A DNA stretch of 64,000 nucleotides from Octopus vulgaris (GCA_951406725.2 OX597814.1:20708001-20772000), one strand, 5' to 3'; shown: positions 1-13,289, counted from the first letter of the stretch. Notes: generated from the sequence alone by a model not told the origin. Made by a program: numbers and translations.

Positions 1-788
1 TGGTATGATGCTTGTGTAAGAAGGGCAATGTTGCAAAGAAGCAAATCATAGGTATTAATCACATAAGACGTAAAAAGGCTACAAAGAAATGAAGTAAGCA
101 TGCTCTGCTAGATATACAACATTAGTGTACATAAGTGACAGAGTAAACAAGGCACAAATGAGCAGAGAGAAAAACCTATATAAATCAGAAGTAGTGAGCA
201 ATAGGGAAGACTGAGGTTGTATAGACATGTGAGTTCAACAAAGAAGAACCAAGCAATCCAAGTAGAAAGAGCCTGTGGAAGAGTAAGACCAAGGAAATCA
301 TCAGAAGTTGTAAAAGCTAATCAGAAGAGGTTAAACCTCTTGAAGGAGATGACATAGGACTGCAAGGTGATGCTGTGCTGAAGACCTATTTAAACTCAGA
401 CAAGAATGGAAAAATGGATGCAAAATGATACTGATAATGAACTTAGGAGTGTGTACACTAGATTTTTCAATGAACCTGCTACTAAACTTTACTTTGCTTA
501 GAGTGTCTTCATTGAATATTTAAATTCTTAGAAGCCAGTCATCTATCTTTGTCTTTATTATCATCAGTCACAAAAACATCAAGTCTAAACTAAGATATTT
601 GAGGAGAGCATAAAATGTGATCAGAAATAGTTTGGTGAATGTTGCAGATGTATACAATCTTTTATTATGACACTTGACAGGTAAGAAATATTAAGGTTTC
701 AACATCTATGCTTTTATAAACATATTTCTTACAAAAACATTGCAAGCAAGTAATAATAAAAACAAAAGTAATAAGGAAACAAACTTAC

Positions 789-821
789 ATGTTGGCATTC
801 CTTGCTAAGTTCTTCCCCAAC
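789..821 (-). CDS. GLG1: GLG1 33-nt micro-exon (putative exon 2), VGEELSKECQH
   Basis: Minus strand reads ttatcttttag|GTTGGGGAAGAACTTAGCAAGGAATGCCAACAT|gtaagt, phase 0 at both ends. The peptide continues exon 1 and matches GLG1 ENEISSDCNH. The gene continues beyond the window start. Confidence 0.85.
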
Positions 822-2202
822 CTAAAAGATAATATTTTTTTAGAAATCAAGCAATTATGAAAATTTCATAATAAATTTTAATGAAAACATAATTTTTAAA
901 TATTTACTTCCTGAAAAGGAATAAATTAAATGCTTAATAACTAAAAATATTGGGAATAATATCATTTGTTTATATTGGGAAACAATATAAACAAATGAGA
1001 TTAGTCATTATAAGCAAAGATTCAAGACAGGTTTTTCTAATTGGGTGAAATTAATATCATGGCAATTAACAACTGAGACATTATAGCAACAATTAATGTA
1101 TAAAACACAGTCATATCTTCGCAAATTACAGACTGAGCATCTATTATCTCAATTAAGTATTTTTATGAGTTATACAAAGCTCCAAAGCCTTTTTATTGGC
1201 TGTAGCAAGTTAACAACCTTCAAACACATTTTGTCTGTGCACAAGCAATACTGACCAATATATTTTATTTTAGTATGGACTAGAAACTTTGCAATAATTG
1301 AATATCTATGCCTACAATATAAGGTTATTTTTTAAAAAATTCCAATCAGGTCTTCTTTATCATAGCTCAAAGGTAACCAAAATGGGTTTTCCAAATCTAT
1401 GTCCTTAGCATTTCATTCTGGTTGATTACAGATGAAATTCATTCTTCTGGTATGTACTCCATAATACTTATGCCAGATTTCTTTACCCAAAATCTTTCCC
1501 AGGTTTTGGAATTCTTATAGTTTACCTTCTTATTTTTGATCTGGTCTGAAGGAGTATTGTAATTAAACAGGTATAATGATTTCCATTTCTATATGTGTTC
1601 TAACCTTCACATAAGGAGCTTGACACAAGAATAAAAGCCTAGTGAGAGCAATACACACACACAATTTTAGGAGTACGCTGGAGGACACCTGTTACAAGAT
1701 TTGGACTCAGTAAACAGTTCTGTGTCACTCCTATACTCTACAAGGTTTGACAACAAATATCTTAATACTGGATAGCCTAGTGTATAGAGTTTGAGTTGCA
1801 TTATACATTAACAAAATTGCTAAAACATTAAAGTGCAAGTGTGGTTGTGTGGTTAAACTTGCTTCCCAACCATGTGGTTTCAGTCCCATTGTATGGCACC
1901 ATGGGCGAGTGTCTGCTACTATAGCCCTGAGCCAACCAAAGCCTTGTGAGGGAATTTGGTGCACTGAAACAAACATCACTTGTATGATAGTGATGCCCGT
2001 TTACAACCATCATGTGATGTACATGCACATATACACATAATTATGTCCAGATTGAAAGCAATACCTGATCATCATTTGCTGGAAAATCAGTGGTTTACCT
2101 CTCTCTATATATAATTTCTAATAAATTGCTAATATACATGTTGGTTAGATGATTTCTTTTACATTGTATAGAGATAAGGGAAGAGATTAAAAGATTTGTT
2201 AA

Positions 2203-2332
2203 GGTTATCTCTACAGCTATTCTATAGAAATTATAGCCAGCACTAATTTTTGTTATGATAGCTCAAATACGAAATGTCACAGCAAAATTCAGTGCTGGTT
2301 ATAATTTCTATAGAAAATCTATGGAGATAACC
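2203..2332. mobile_element. 130-bp hairpin MITE with TTAA flanks (Kolobok-like termini)
   Basis: TTAA|GGTTATCTC...GAGATAACC|TTAA. Most of the element is an imperfect inverted repeat. Confidence 0.7.
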
Positions 2333-2849
2333 TTAACTAGTGATGTAAAGTGCACTGCTAACACAGTAGAACATAGCATTGACTTATGAAGATATTTAAT
2401 AAACTTTATAATACATTATGGTTGCATTTTGAAATACCACGTCCCTACAAGTCATTAAGAGTAAAAGAAATACAGAGAGAGTTAGCATTAGAGCTGCAGG
2501 TTAAGTGTCTTTGTGAAAATAGATTTTTTAAGTGAAATTTTGCGGATAGGTTTTCCCATTGAGTAGAGGGTAATCATGTCGATAAAATGTAGAAACAAAC
2601 ATATTTATTGCAAATATACAAATGAAAAATTTGTTTTATCTAATTTTATTTTTAGGTAATTTTTTTTTTTTAATTAGTATTCATTTTATAAATTTGTATA
2701 AGAACTAGGAAATTTGACACAAAAAGTTAAATTATAATAGTATATATGTCAAATTTCCTGATATTTATCCATCATGGAAACTACTTGCTTACGAAATTAC
2801 CAGTCATATGACAGGTAACATTCTAGTACATAATGCGATTGAAAAGATA

Positions 2850-3490
2850 CACTACAAATCATTTTGTGTATTGAGGATATGCGAAAAAATTAAGCCAATA
2901 TACTTCACTGGATGAGTAATATCAGTGTGCATATTTGACAGAGCGTAAATGATTTGAGAGAAAAACTGGGTATATATGTAGCATCAGATGTAAGTGTGCG
3001 AGAGAGAAGACTGTGCTGGTATGGCCATGTAAAGCATATGAATGAAGACAGTTGCATCAAGAGGTGCCAATCTCTAATTGTAGAGGGAACATATGGAAGA
3101 GGTAGACCCAGGAAGATGTGGGATGAAGTGGTGAGAAAGTATCTACAGACATTGGAACTCACAGAAGGAATGACAGGAGACCGAGACTCCTGGTAGTTTG
3201 TTGTGCTTGAAAAGACATGTCAAACTAGGTAAAAGTACGGTTGTCTTTGCATATAAGCTTGTTCCCTGCAACCCTCTCCAGCTGAGCACTCCTAATCTTG
3301 CTGGGTTGTGGGTGCTGGTGCCATGTAAAAGCACCTAGTACACTCTAAGAAGTGGTTGGCATTAGGAAGGGCATCCAGCCATAGAAACTATGCCAAAACA
3401 GACAGGGACCATGAACAGCCCTTCAGCTGGTCGGCTCCTGTTAAACAATTCAACCCATGCCAGCATGGAAAACAGACATTAAATGATGAT
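2850..3490 (+). mobile_element. RTE-clade LINE 3' fragment
   Basis: ORF 2954-3196 (RERRLCWYGHV..GRGRPRKMWDEVV..DRDSW) is the typical RTE C-terminus. It is followed by the 3' UTR (GTGGTTGGCATTAGGAAGGGCATCCAGC) ending in (TGA)n. Confidence 0.85.
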
Positions 3491-4384
3491 TTCAGACCAG
3501 AGTAAAACATTCATCAGGTGCACAAACAACCTACAACTGTTTTCAAAGAAAACAGAATAAGAACAGTGAATTATGGATATATTGCAAGGTAAGTTAACTC
3601 CAGTAATCATCTGAGGGGTCTGTCTTCTATTGAATGCTGATGTTAAGGACATACATAAAAGTGCAGGCACACTCACAAATACATACATATACATGTGCAC
3701 ACAGCCACACAAACATATATAAAAATGTATATAAACACATACGATATATCCAAAAGCAATAGCTGACTCAAATTTCACTTAACAATTGATAGCAACTTGT
3801 CAAGGATTATCTGCCATGTATATGGTTAGGTACCTTTTGGGAGGAAAGTTCTGAGATGGAGTGGGTAGGAAAGGATTAATGGTTATGCTATTGGAAAGAA
3901 AAATTAATCAGTACAATCTACTTAGTTCTTGGAATTTGTGTTCTGTGTGAGTGCATTATTGTATAGTTCTTTTTGGTATCATCCTTGTTTAATGCCCACT
4001 CTCCCATGTTTGTATGGGTGAGACAGAATTTGTAAAGACAGATTTTCAGGTTACCACCCTTCACTTGTTTTCAAGAAAAGGTAATATTTTCCTCTAGTTG
4101 GGTGACATTTTCACTCAGAGTTTGCAAAGAAATATACACCATTTGTATGACAGTAATGCTTGTTTACAACTAGAGTATGATATCAAGACAAGGAAACGCA
4201 TACATCAATATGTGTGTGTGTGTGTAGATAAATAGATATACAGTGGGTTTCTTTTTAGGATTCCACTTACCAAATTCATTCACTAAGTTTTCGTCAGCCC
4301 CTGACTATAGTAGAAAATTCGCCCAAAGTACAGCATGATGGGATTGAACCTGAAACTATGTGGTTGTGTAGTGAACTTCTTAAC

Positions 4385-4735
4385 TACACATATTCTTTTA
4401 CTTGTTTCAGTCATTTGACTGTGGTCATGCTGAAGCACTGCCTTTAGTCAAACAAATCACCCCCAGGACTTATTCTTTGTAAACCTAGTACTTATTCTAT
4501 CAGTCTCTTTTGCCAAACCACTAAGTTGCAGGGACCTAAACACACCAACCTTTGTTGATGGTGGGGAGGACAAACACAGACTTCTTTCAGTTTCCGTCTA
4601 CCAAATCCACTCACAAGGCTTTGGTTTGCCCGAGGCTATAGTAGAAGACACTTGCCCAAGGTGCCACACAGTGGGACTGAACCCGGAACCATGTGGTTGG
4701 GAAGCAAGCTTCTTACCACACAACAACGCCTGTAC
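4385..4735 (-). mobile_element. tRNA-derived SINE (GTGGCTGTGTGGTAAG family)
   Basis: Reverse complement of the head with B-box-like GGTTCAGTCCC. Same family at about 1835, 15760, 37097, 44765, 48705, 54437 and 62290-62655. Confidence 0.8.
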
Positions 4736-4745
4736 AATTTTATAT

Positions 4746-4796
<51 letters not shown>

Positions 4797-5337
4797 CTCT
4801 GAAGATTGCTCCTTGTTGTGGTAGAGGGGCTAGATAGTTCAATGACTGAGTGCAATAATGATGGGAGTCTAGTTCTCCTGGTAGTACTACTCATGGTGGC
4901 ACAACTGCAGAGGAAGTAGACTGATCATGAACAACTTCCTTAGAAGACTCCAATAGCAGAATAAGTAACTGAAGGCAATAACAATGGCTGATTTCAATGT
5001 TGTTTGAATTGGCAGAGAAGGGGCAAAACCAAATGGACTGCACAAAAAATGCCACTTAAGAAGACAAAGTCAGTGGCATTGAATTATTCCACATGTGTCA
5101 GCAGAAGGTTTTGAAAGCATAGTATGTGGGTCATTCCTTGGTAAATTGAGATTCACTGTAAACAAATCCATGCCAATGGCATTTTTTGAAACTTATTGAT
5201 TCTTGAGATCACCACTTCTTCCCACTTGGAATTTGTATCAATTTCCACCAAGTGATTGGCCTACTTTCTATGGAAGCAGAAATAATTTTAATAAATCAAA
5301 AATTTATCTTTATGCGATTTAATATACCCATATTTGT

Positions 5338-5552
5338 AAGGCAGCGAGCTGGCAGAATCGTTAGCACACCAGGTGACATGCTTAGCAGTATTTTGTCTGT
5401 CTTTGTGTACTGAGTTCAAATTCCGCTGAGGTAAACTTTGCCTTCCATCCTTTTGGGGTCGATAAATTAAGTATAAGTTGCATACAAGGGTCGATCTAAT
5501 TGACTGCCCCCCCCCTCCAAAAATTTCAGGCTTTGTGCCTAGAGTAAAAAAG
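5338..5552 (+). mobile_element. tRNA-derived SINE (GGCGAGCTGGCAGAA family) with 17-bp TSD
   Basis: A/B-box-like head (GAGTTCAAATTCC), flanked on both sides by AATATACCCATATTTGT. Family copies at about 24415, 25362, 41210, 50978, 56487 and 63070. Confidence 0.85.
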
Positions 5553-6759
5553 AATATACCCATATTTGTTTCTGTTTGTTCAAATACATACCCCTGGCCA
5601 CTCCAAGTTATTTCTCTTGGCTCTTGCTTTCTAAACATGTAGTTTCGGAGTCAGTCCCACTACATGGCACCTTATACTATAGCCCCAGGTATAGCTAAGC
5701 CTTGTAAGTGAATTTGTTAAATGGAAGCTGAAACAAACTCGTGTGTATATGTACACAGCACATACACACATACGTGTATGCGTGTGTACACTTATTTTGA
5801 TATCATGTGAGGGATGGTGACTGAAAGGGCATCCAGCTGCTGAAAACCTGCCTCAACAAATTCTCTCTGATCCAGGTAGGCATGAAAAAGTGGATGACAA
5901 TGGTGATGTGATATACATAAACATACTATTGTTAATAGTCTTGTTTGGAATAAAAAAGAATCAAAGTACACAATACATTGAGTTGACAAAATATATTTAT
6001 TAAATTACAGTGACAGGACTAGTCCTGTTTCTTTCTTAAAGTTACTCTGAGAGTTCAGAGTTGGTCAGTCATGTAAAACATGGGTTAGGAAGGATTTTTA
6101 GTTATTTGTCATTAAATAATGCATTGTAATAAGTATACATAGATGGATTAGTAGTCAGACAGTATAGTAGAAATAGAGTTATTGGGGTGGAAATGGGAGG
6201 GAGTAATGGGCAATAGCAGAGGTGGACAAAGCAAGTTGTAATACAGATAGGGTGATCTAAAGTGTATTGATTATAGACAGTTTCAGCAGTGTCTTATAAA
6301 GTGGTCTACTAAAGGAGGTGAGTAGGAGCAGCAGAAAGCTGAAGATGGTGGTTGAGGGTAGAAATTCTACAGTGTGTGCTCAGTATAAACAAAGCACACA
6401 CAAAAGGTGTAGTGGGATGATGATGATGATATATATATATGCAGAAGGTGCATTGGGGCAGTAAGCATCAAGAGTGCTGAGGAAATAGATTCTCTCAAAT
6501 GCGTGGACAGTTCCCTAGAAGTAGTAGATGTGTTTTGCTGCCAAGGTGACCATGAGAACAGTAGAGGTACATGCTCTGAAAGTGTGGTAGCTTGAATAAG
6601 AACAGGATGGAGAAGGTTTGGGAAGCTATTACCTCTGCAGGAAACAAATGTTTATTCTTGAATGCAAGGACAGGTTGAATGATGCTAGTGTGCAAAGTAT
6701 CAGCAAGACATGGGTCGTAAATGCAAAGGACCTATGAAAACTAGAAATAATTAAGGTAG

Positions 6760-7780
6760 GCATACTTCATTGGAAGTGCCATGTTAGTGTGCATGAATGG
6801 TGAAGTAAAAATCCTCTGAAAGACATACTGGGTATAAGGGAAATGAGATGTAATGTGTAAGAGAGGAGACTGCAATGATAAGGGAATGTGATGTGAATGG
6901 AAGAAGACAGCTGCACAAGTGTCAAGCACTCTAAGTTAATGGTTTAGTGGAAGGAGACTGAAGAAGACTTGGGATGAGGTAGTGAAAAATCATTTCAAGA
7001 TATTACATCAGATAACGGAAATAACAGAGGACCATATTAATAAGGTGGTGCTGCAGAAGACCTAACTTCCAAAGCAAACTTGGAAAAAGACTTGTTAAAA
7101 TAGTGGGATAGTCCACACACTATACTTTTACCTTTTGTTCTGTGCATGCAGTCCACTGTCCGGGAACATTGGGCCTCACTGAGGGTGACTAGTGACTGGG
7201 ACCTTTGGAAATATGCTGTGTTTGAGAATACTCGGCAAGCCAAGTAAGACCATAACCAGCCCACTTATGTGTACCTTTCCTTCATTGGACACTAAACTCT
7301 GCTTGTGAAGACCTGTTGAGGCAAGTGAAATCGAAATCAAATTCAATGACTGGCATCCGTGCTAGTGGAGCGCTAAGAGCACCATCTGAGCGTGATCATT
7401 ACCAGAGCAACAAACTGGCTTCCATGCCGGTGGCACATAAAAAGCACCATTCGAGTGTGATCATTACTTGCGTTGCCTTACTGGCATGTGAAAAAACATT
7501 CAAGTGAGGTCGTTGCCAGTGCCACTGGACTGGCTCCTGTGCAGGTGGCACATAAAAAGCACCATTTGAGTTTGGCCGTTGCCAGTACCGCCTGACTGGC
7601 CCTCGTGCTGGTGGCATGTAAAAGCACCCACTACACTCTCGGAGTGGTTGGCGTTAAGGAAGGGTATCCAGCTGTAGAAACTCTGCCAGATCAGATTAGA
7701 ATCTGGTTCACCAGACCTCAGTCAAATTGTCTAACCCATGCTAGCATAGAAAGCGGACGTTAAATGATGATGATGATTAC
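6760..7780 (+). mobile_element. RTE LINE 3' remnants with tandemly amplified 3' UTR units
   Basis: Degenerate RTE C-terminus, repeated GTGGCACATAAAAAGCACC units and a (GAT)n tail. Confidence 0.7.
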
Positions 7781-10700
7781 CATCATCTCGCAATAAGTCT
7801 GTTTCATCAATTGTGGAGAATCTCTTTTGCTTTGGAAGCTACAAGGTGACCCCCACCACCACTACCAATGCTGCTCTCACAAAAAAACACTCAGTACACA
7901 CTGGAAATGGTAACTGATTCGAGTAGCAACAACACAGGTCTTGAGAGAGCTCTTTAGTCATACCAATAACAAAGTAACTTCTATAATGCTGGTACCATAA
8001 AAAAAATACACCCAGTATATTGTGTAAGTGGCTGATGTTAAGAAAGACATCCAACAATAGAAACCATGCCAAAAATAAGACATTAGATCAAGACATGAAC
8101 TACTGGCTCATTGGATCCTGTTGAACTATCCAACTCGTGTTTGAATGTAAAATGAACTTAGAATGATGACAGTGATACACACGTTATCATCATCATCATT
8201 TAACATCAACTTTTCCAGGTTTGCATGGGTCAGACAGAATTTGTTGAGGTGAATCTTCTATGGTCGGATGCCTTTCCTGTTGCTTACCTTTTTTGTTTTT
8301 ATGGTAGAGTGGAAATGCATCACTTCCATGGTGTATTATGGCTATTCTAAGGGATAAAGGTGGTTTTAATGAATGGTGTGCTATTTTGATGTCTCTCGTT
8401 GAACATGGATACAGTTTTTCTTGGAGTTTTTTTCTCTTTAATATCTTTGTTTTGTTTCATTCAGAAATCCTGCCTGTATGTACACACATTTTATGGCTAT
8501 GTCTGAGGAGAAAAGACAGTGCTCATGAACTTATTCAGAACCAAGATCAGTGGACAGACGTTATATTTAAACCCAGTCCAACAGCTTTCAACAGCACGGA
8601 CTTTGCAACCACAAGGTTCTAGGACTGACGGTATTTGGTCAAGTATGTGTTTAGCCCCTTGTGGGTAATAAAGAAATAGGTATTTGGTCAAGTCCTTTTA
8701 CGTTCTGAATCGAATCTCATTTCCACATTCGGTAACCCATATTAAAATGTGCGGTTAGCAAAAACTGGATCATTACATTGTCAAGGCGAGTTGGCATTAA
8801 TTTGACCAAATCCTCGGAATGCACAGTTTTTGCAACGCCACAATAGAAACGAATCAAAGAAGAAGCTCGTACCCGGTTGCTCAACCTGCCACAAACAGCA
8901 GTCAAATCTCCCTTGAATCACGCTGAAGCTTTTTTTTTTAGGGTGCCATATTGAATAATGTAGAACTACATGCACATTTCTGTTTTGAAAAAAAAAAAAA
9001 AAAAAAAAGGTGGCGAGTGGTTACGATCAGGGCTGAGCTGGTGTTGAGACAACCATAAGGATGGACCTTCGAAACGTTTGTTCTTTATTCTTAGATATAC
9101 GTAAACTCCTTAAATTTTGTCAATCGTGTATTCAAATTCCGTGTTTAAAATGAATGTCAATCACGATAAAAAAAAATCATTAAATTTCTTTAAGAACTGA
9201 ATATCATTCAAGAGCCAACTGTGAACTGGATATAGTAAGGTAATGCAGAAATAATGCATTTGATGTTGTTATGGATACTGGACACATCCGTGACAGGACA
9301 TGTAGGAGTCAAATGCGCTAATTATTGCTTAACAATGATAATTTCTAACTTGGTTGAAAATGATGCAGTTGGATGAGCTTTTAATATTTACAGAAACAGT
9401 ATTAAAGAATGAAGGTATTATGTTAATTTGTTCAATTCGAAGTATTTCCCTTTCTACGTGTCGATTTTTTAAATCCTCTACAACTTCAAAAGAAACACAA
9501 ACTTACAAATCTGAGGAAACTATTTCACGATGGGCTGTGAAAACTGCTCCTAGTCATTCTAACAATCTCATTATCAAATAGCTAACAAGCTACACTACCA
9601 GAGGTTACAAAAAAATAAAGAGAAAAATCTGCCAAAATCGCCACCTACATGAAGATCAAAAGGGGTTTATTTCACGGATCTTTTAGTGAGAAAAATCTGA
9701 CAAGCAGATGCAGACATCTTCTATGACGTTGATAGTGCTATTAAAAAAAAAATGAAGTGTAGATCTTGTCAACAGATTTACCTCGGGACAATATGCGTCT
9801 AAGTTTATAAACGTAACCAGGAATTCTACAGACATGAACTATTAGACCACTTTCAAAAATGCTTGAAATGGCGATCAATAGTGTTTAGATTAGGATTTTT
9901 GTTTTTAAAATGACAAATGAATTAAAAGCAACAAGAAGGGATAGGATCCTGGGGATAAAACAGCAAGCAAATACAGAATGCTTGAATCCCCAAATGGATT
10001 AAGAATAACATTAAAGATATGTCTTAATAGAGTAACCTTTAAAATAAATTCATAGAATAGGGAAATCTGGAGAAAAATCTAAAGTGAATGAATTAAAACA
10101 GTAAATTCTCATTGACTGGTATAACTTCAAATAGTGAACTATAATTACATTTGGATCAAAGCCGTGTTTCAAAGCGAAGCCAAAACACATACATCCTTTA
10201 ATATCATTTATAATCGACACAAAACGTATACTACAAACGATAAATGAACTGGAGTTCAATTTATAAATATATATATATATATATACTCTCACACACAACA
10301 CATGTGACTCGGTGGTTTATTAAACACTAAGAGGCTATCATTTAAAAAAATCCGTGAATTTTCTGTCCACTACACAGAAATTATTCATTCATTTGTAATA
10401 TTTTCGTTTGCCGATTCCGAAAAAAAAAAAACTGCCAAAGAGTATCTATAAACAAGACTTCATTTTCGTTGATTATCTAAGCAGAAACGAATATGAATTA
10501 TAATTGTCTATAGATTCTAAATGTCTTGTGTGTGAGTGCGTAAAGAGAATATAAACAAACTAAAAATTCAACAACGAAAATTAATGTTTTTAAAAGTTTC
10601 GATGAAATAAATGGGTTTTGATTGAAGATGTTTTGCTTGATGAAAGTGTACAACAAAAAAACCTAGAATATAATTCATGAGCATTCATTCAATACCACGA

Positions 10701-11250
10701 GCGAGAGAGAGAAAAAAAAAAACATGTTTTTTTGTTTGTTTTTTTTTAAGTTTCCAGTCTCTATAATTCGGAGTGTTATATCGAGATGCAACACGAAAAT
10801 TTGATAGAAATAAACAAAAGCATCTTAGCTCGGAATTTTCATTAGCGAAAAATAATAAACAGAGAGTGTTCGCTTTAAATTATCCTTATAGCAGATTAGA
10901 ATTATAAATGAGGAGGTATAAAAATGTTTTCTTCAAATATTAGGCTACAGAGCTTTTTGGAGGAAGATTCCGACTCAAAATCTTGGACTAAATGAACAAA
11001 AATATAAATACAAGTCACCCACAGAGCTATGAAAATATAAAATGCTTTTCAGTTGACTTTCAACTATTGTTATTCCTTTCTTTTTTAATCTATAATTTTG
11101 TCACATCTTTACTAATTTAATTGTTTCGAATGAAACATTAACAAACTTAATACGTATATATATATATAAAATAAATTTTGACAAATGTAACACTACCAAA
11201 CTGCATGTAATACATTCAAATTGTATGAAAGTAAGCTTAGTGTCCCTTAC

Positions 11251-11607
11251 CTTTAAGTCATTTTGCAAGCATTCTAATATTTCAATATTATTTTCATATG
11301 TGTTTTTGCTACAATATAGACTGACTTCAGCTTTACATTCACGAGATTCAAAAATCTTTAAAGGTGGACGTTTCCTGGCACTACGTACATGCTGAGGACC
11401 TAGCTTTCTTTCCTTATGTGCACCTGGACTTCCTACTGTAGAAATTATTTTATGTTTCTTTACCGAATCTTCAATATTATTTCGTTTCATTACACTAGGG
11501 ATATCTACGCCATAATCCTTGCGTCCAAATGCATAATTAGAATGCATTGTAACCATGAATAATAATAATAAAATAACGTGTGAGTGAACACGTACGGAGA
11601 CCGCCAT
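11251..11607 (-). CDS. GLG1: Golgi apparatus protein 1 (Cys-rich FGF receptor/ESL-1/MG-160), coding exon 1
   Basis: ATG in AACATGGCG context. Hydrophobic signal peptide (VILLLLFMV) is followed by KIFESRECKAEVSLYCSKNTYENNIEILECLQNDLK, matching the first GLG1 Cys-rich repeat (vertebrate KLAEEESCREDVTRVC..NNLAVLECLQ, recalled). Ends at phase-0 donor AAG|GTAAGG. Confidence 0.9.
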
Positions 11608-12100
11608 GTTGTTTCCGTACTACATGCTGTTGTAGATATTAATCCACATGTAATCAAGTCTGAACTACATCACTTTATGTGACAAAATTTCTGAGTTACA
11701 AGAAAATAGTTCTGTAAATTTGCATGGATATCTTCAAAAATATCTTTGAATACAAACCAGTTATCAATATATTTGTAAAGTATCTTATTATTACTTTAGA
11801 AAAAAAAATATTTTAATATATTTACAATGCGAAATAAACTAAAGGTCTATCAGGAATTCTTTTTTTAGCTCTCATTGAGCTTGTCAAAGAAAGTTTAATT
11901 TATGTTGTTCTGTAACTCAAGCAGCTTCACGCAACGAATTTGCCGACTGATCAGTTAGAAGCGATTCAGTAGTCTGGAAAGGTCAAGTTTCGATTCCATC
12001 TCAGTCCGGAATCAACATGCCGATTCTGTCATACTATGTTTTGTATGAGATTTGATTAATATTACTAATAACACGTAATCTGTTCGTACTGTTTTCCAGA
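11600..12100. promoter_or_regulatory. GLG1 promoter/5' region, possibly bidirectional
   Basis: Repeat-free and CpG-retaining, directly upstream of the GLG1 ATG. YY1-type CCGCCATGTT at 11601-11610. ACTACA motifs near 11619 and 11664. Confidence 0.5.
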
Positions 12101-13289
12101 TGTGGTCAACTGTGGATAGCTACAAATAATTGTAATGTATTTGGAGATGTCAGTTTAGCACAGCATGGGTTCCAAAAGGCAAATTATATTATAGTTATTT
12201 TAAGTATGCATACTTAGGAAAATGCAATCGCTATCTACATCCTTAAGTCAATGTTATACCAGTAGATCACAATTGCTGTTTCCACTTTGTCTCAGTTACT
12301 GGCTCTGCTCTTCTGGACTCACAGCTGATGCAATCCACCCATCTCTCCCATTTTTGTAATTTTTACCAAGAAACACTCCTCAAGCTTGGCATTAAATGCC
12401 TTACTCAACCCTGACTTGTCTGATTTGCTGATCCCTACAGGAATTAACTGGCATAAGTTCTAGCTATTCAGCAACAGCTTTTACTTCATCTATGTAGAAG
12501 GGTTACCTCGTCCATCGCCAACTACAAACAAATGTATATTCTGTTATGGGTTAGATAACAGTGCATAAACATGTTTTACATAGTGGTTAAATAAACTAAA
12601 TACAAATGATTTTGATTTACACAATCCATCTACATAATGAAACGTATCTCATTATTATGAGACAAGTGGGGAATCTTTAAGTTGTTCAACTTGTTAGAAA
12701 TAGCTGCCAACTCTCCTTCAAGCTACACCTTGCTGTCTTGAACAAGGTGAGAATGCTTATCAATCTTATATTGCCCAAAAATGGCAGAGTAATCATAACA
12801 TGCTTTTGATCATAGGTGTACTCAAGCATGCTGACATGAAATAAGCACAAACAATAATATCTGAAATATTTTGCAGGAGTATCTCAGTATTGTGGTGCAT
12901 TTGGTAATCAATATCATCAAAAATTCTGGTTATTGGGCTAAGAATAGGCATGTCATTGTATAGGCCCTGATTAGCTCTAAATGAGCAGTACTACAATTTA
13001 AAGTATTCAGACAGTGACCATCCCCCTTTTTTTTCTTAAACAAGTGAGAGTATTTTTAGGAAGATATTAATATTCAAGTCGAGGCAGCATGTGTGTATGT
13101 GTGAGGGGATTCTCATTAGATCAAAGAACTGAGAAAGGTACTAAGCAAAGGCTGGCTTTCTTGAAAAGTTGTTCGGTAGGAAATAAAGAGAAAAAAATAA
13201 GTAAGAGTATAATCAGATATTTTTAAAATACAATTTTGATCAAGATAGGAAGAATAGTGCTCAAGACTTTTTTGCACAATCTCTGAGAC

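Noticed and set aside
7345-7640. CRISPR-like repeat-spacer appearance
   Set aside because: Eukaryotic context with no cas genes. The spacers are related to each other, and the array lies in an RTE 3' UTR.
8717-8975. Additional GLG1 exon
   Set aside because: Cys-containing frames do not match GLG1, and exon 1 joins the 789-821 exon without a gap.
11101-11250. C-terminal 49 aa of the 168-aa ORF
   Set aside because: Read-through into the intron past the GTAAGG donor; GLG1 similarity stops at the donor.
12016-12056. Divergent gene start AACATGCCG
   Set aside because: Only 12 codons before a stop, with no convincing donor or homology.
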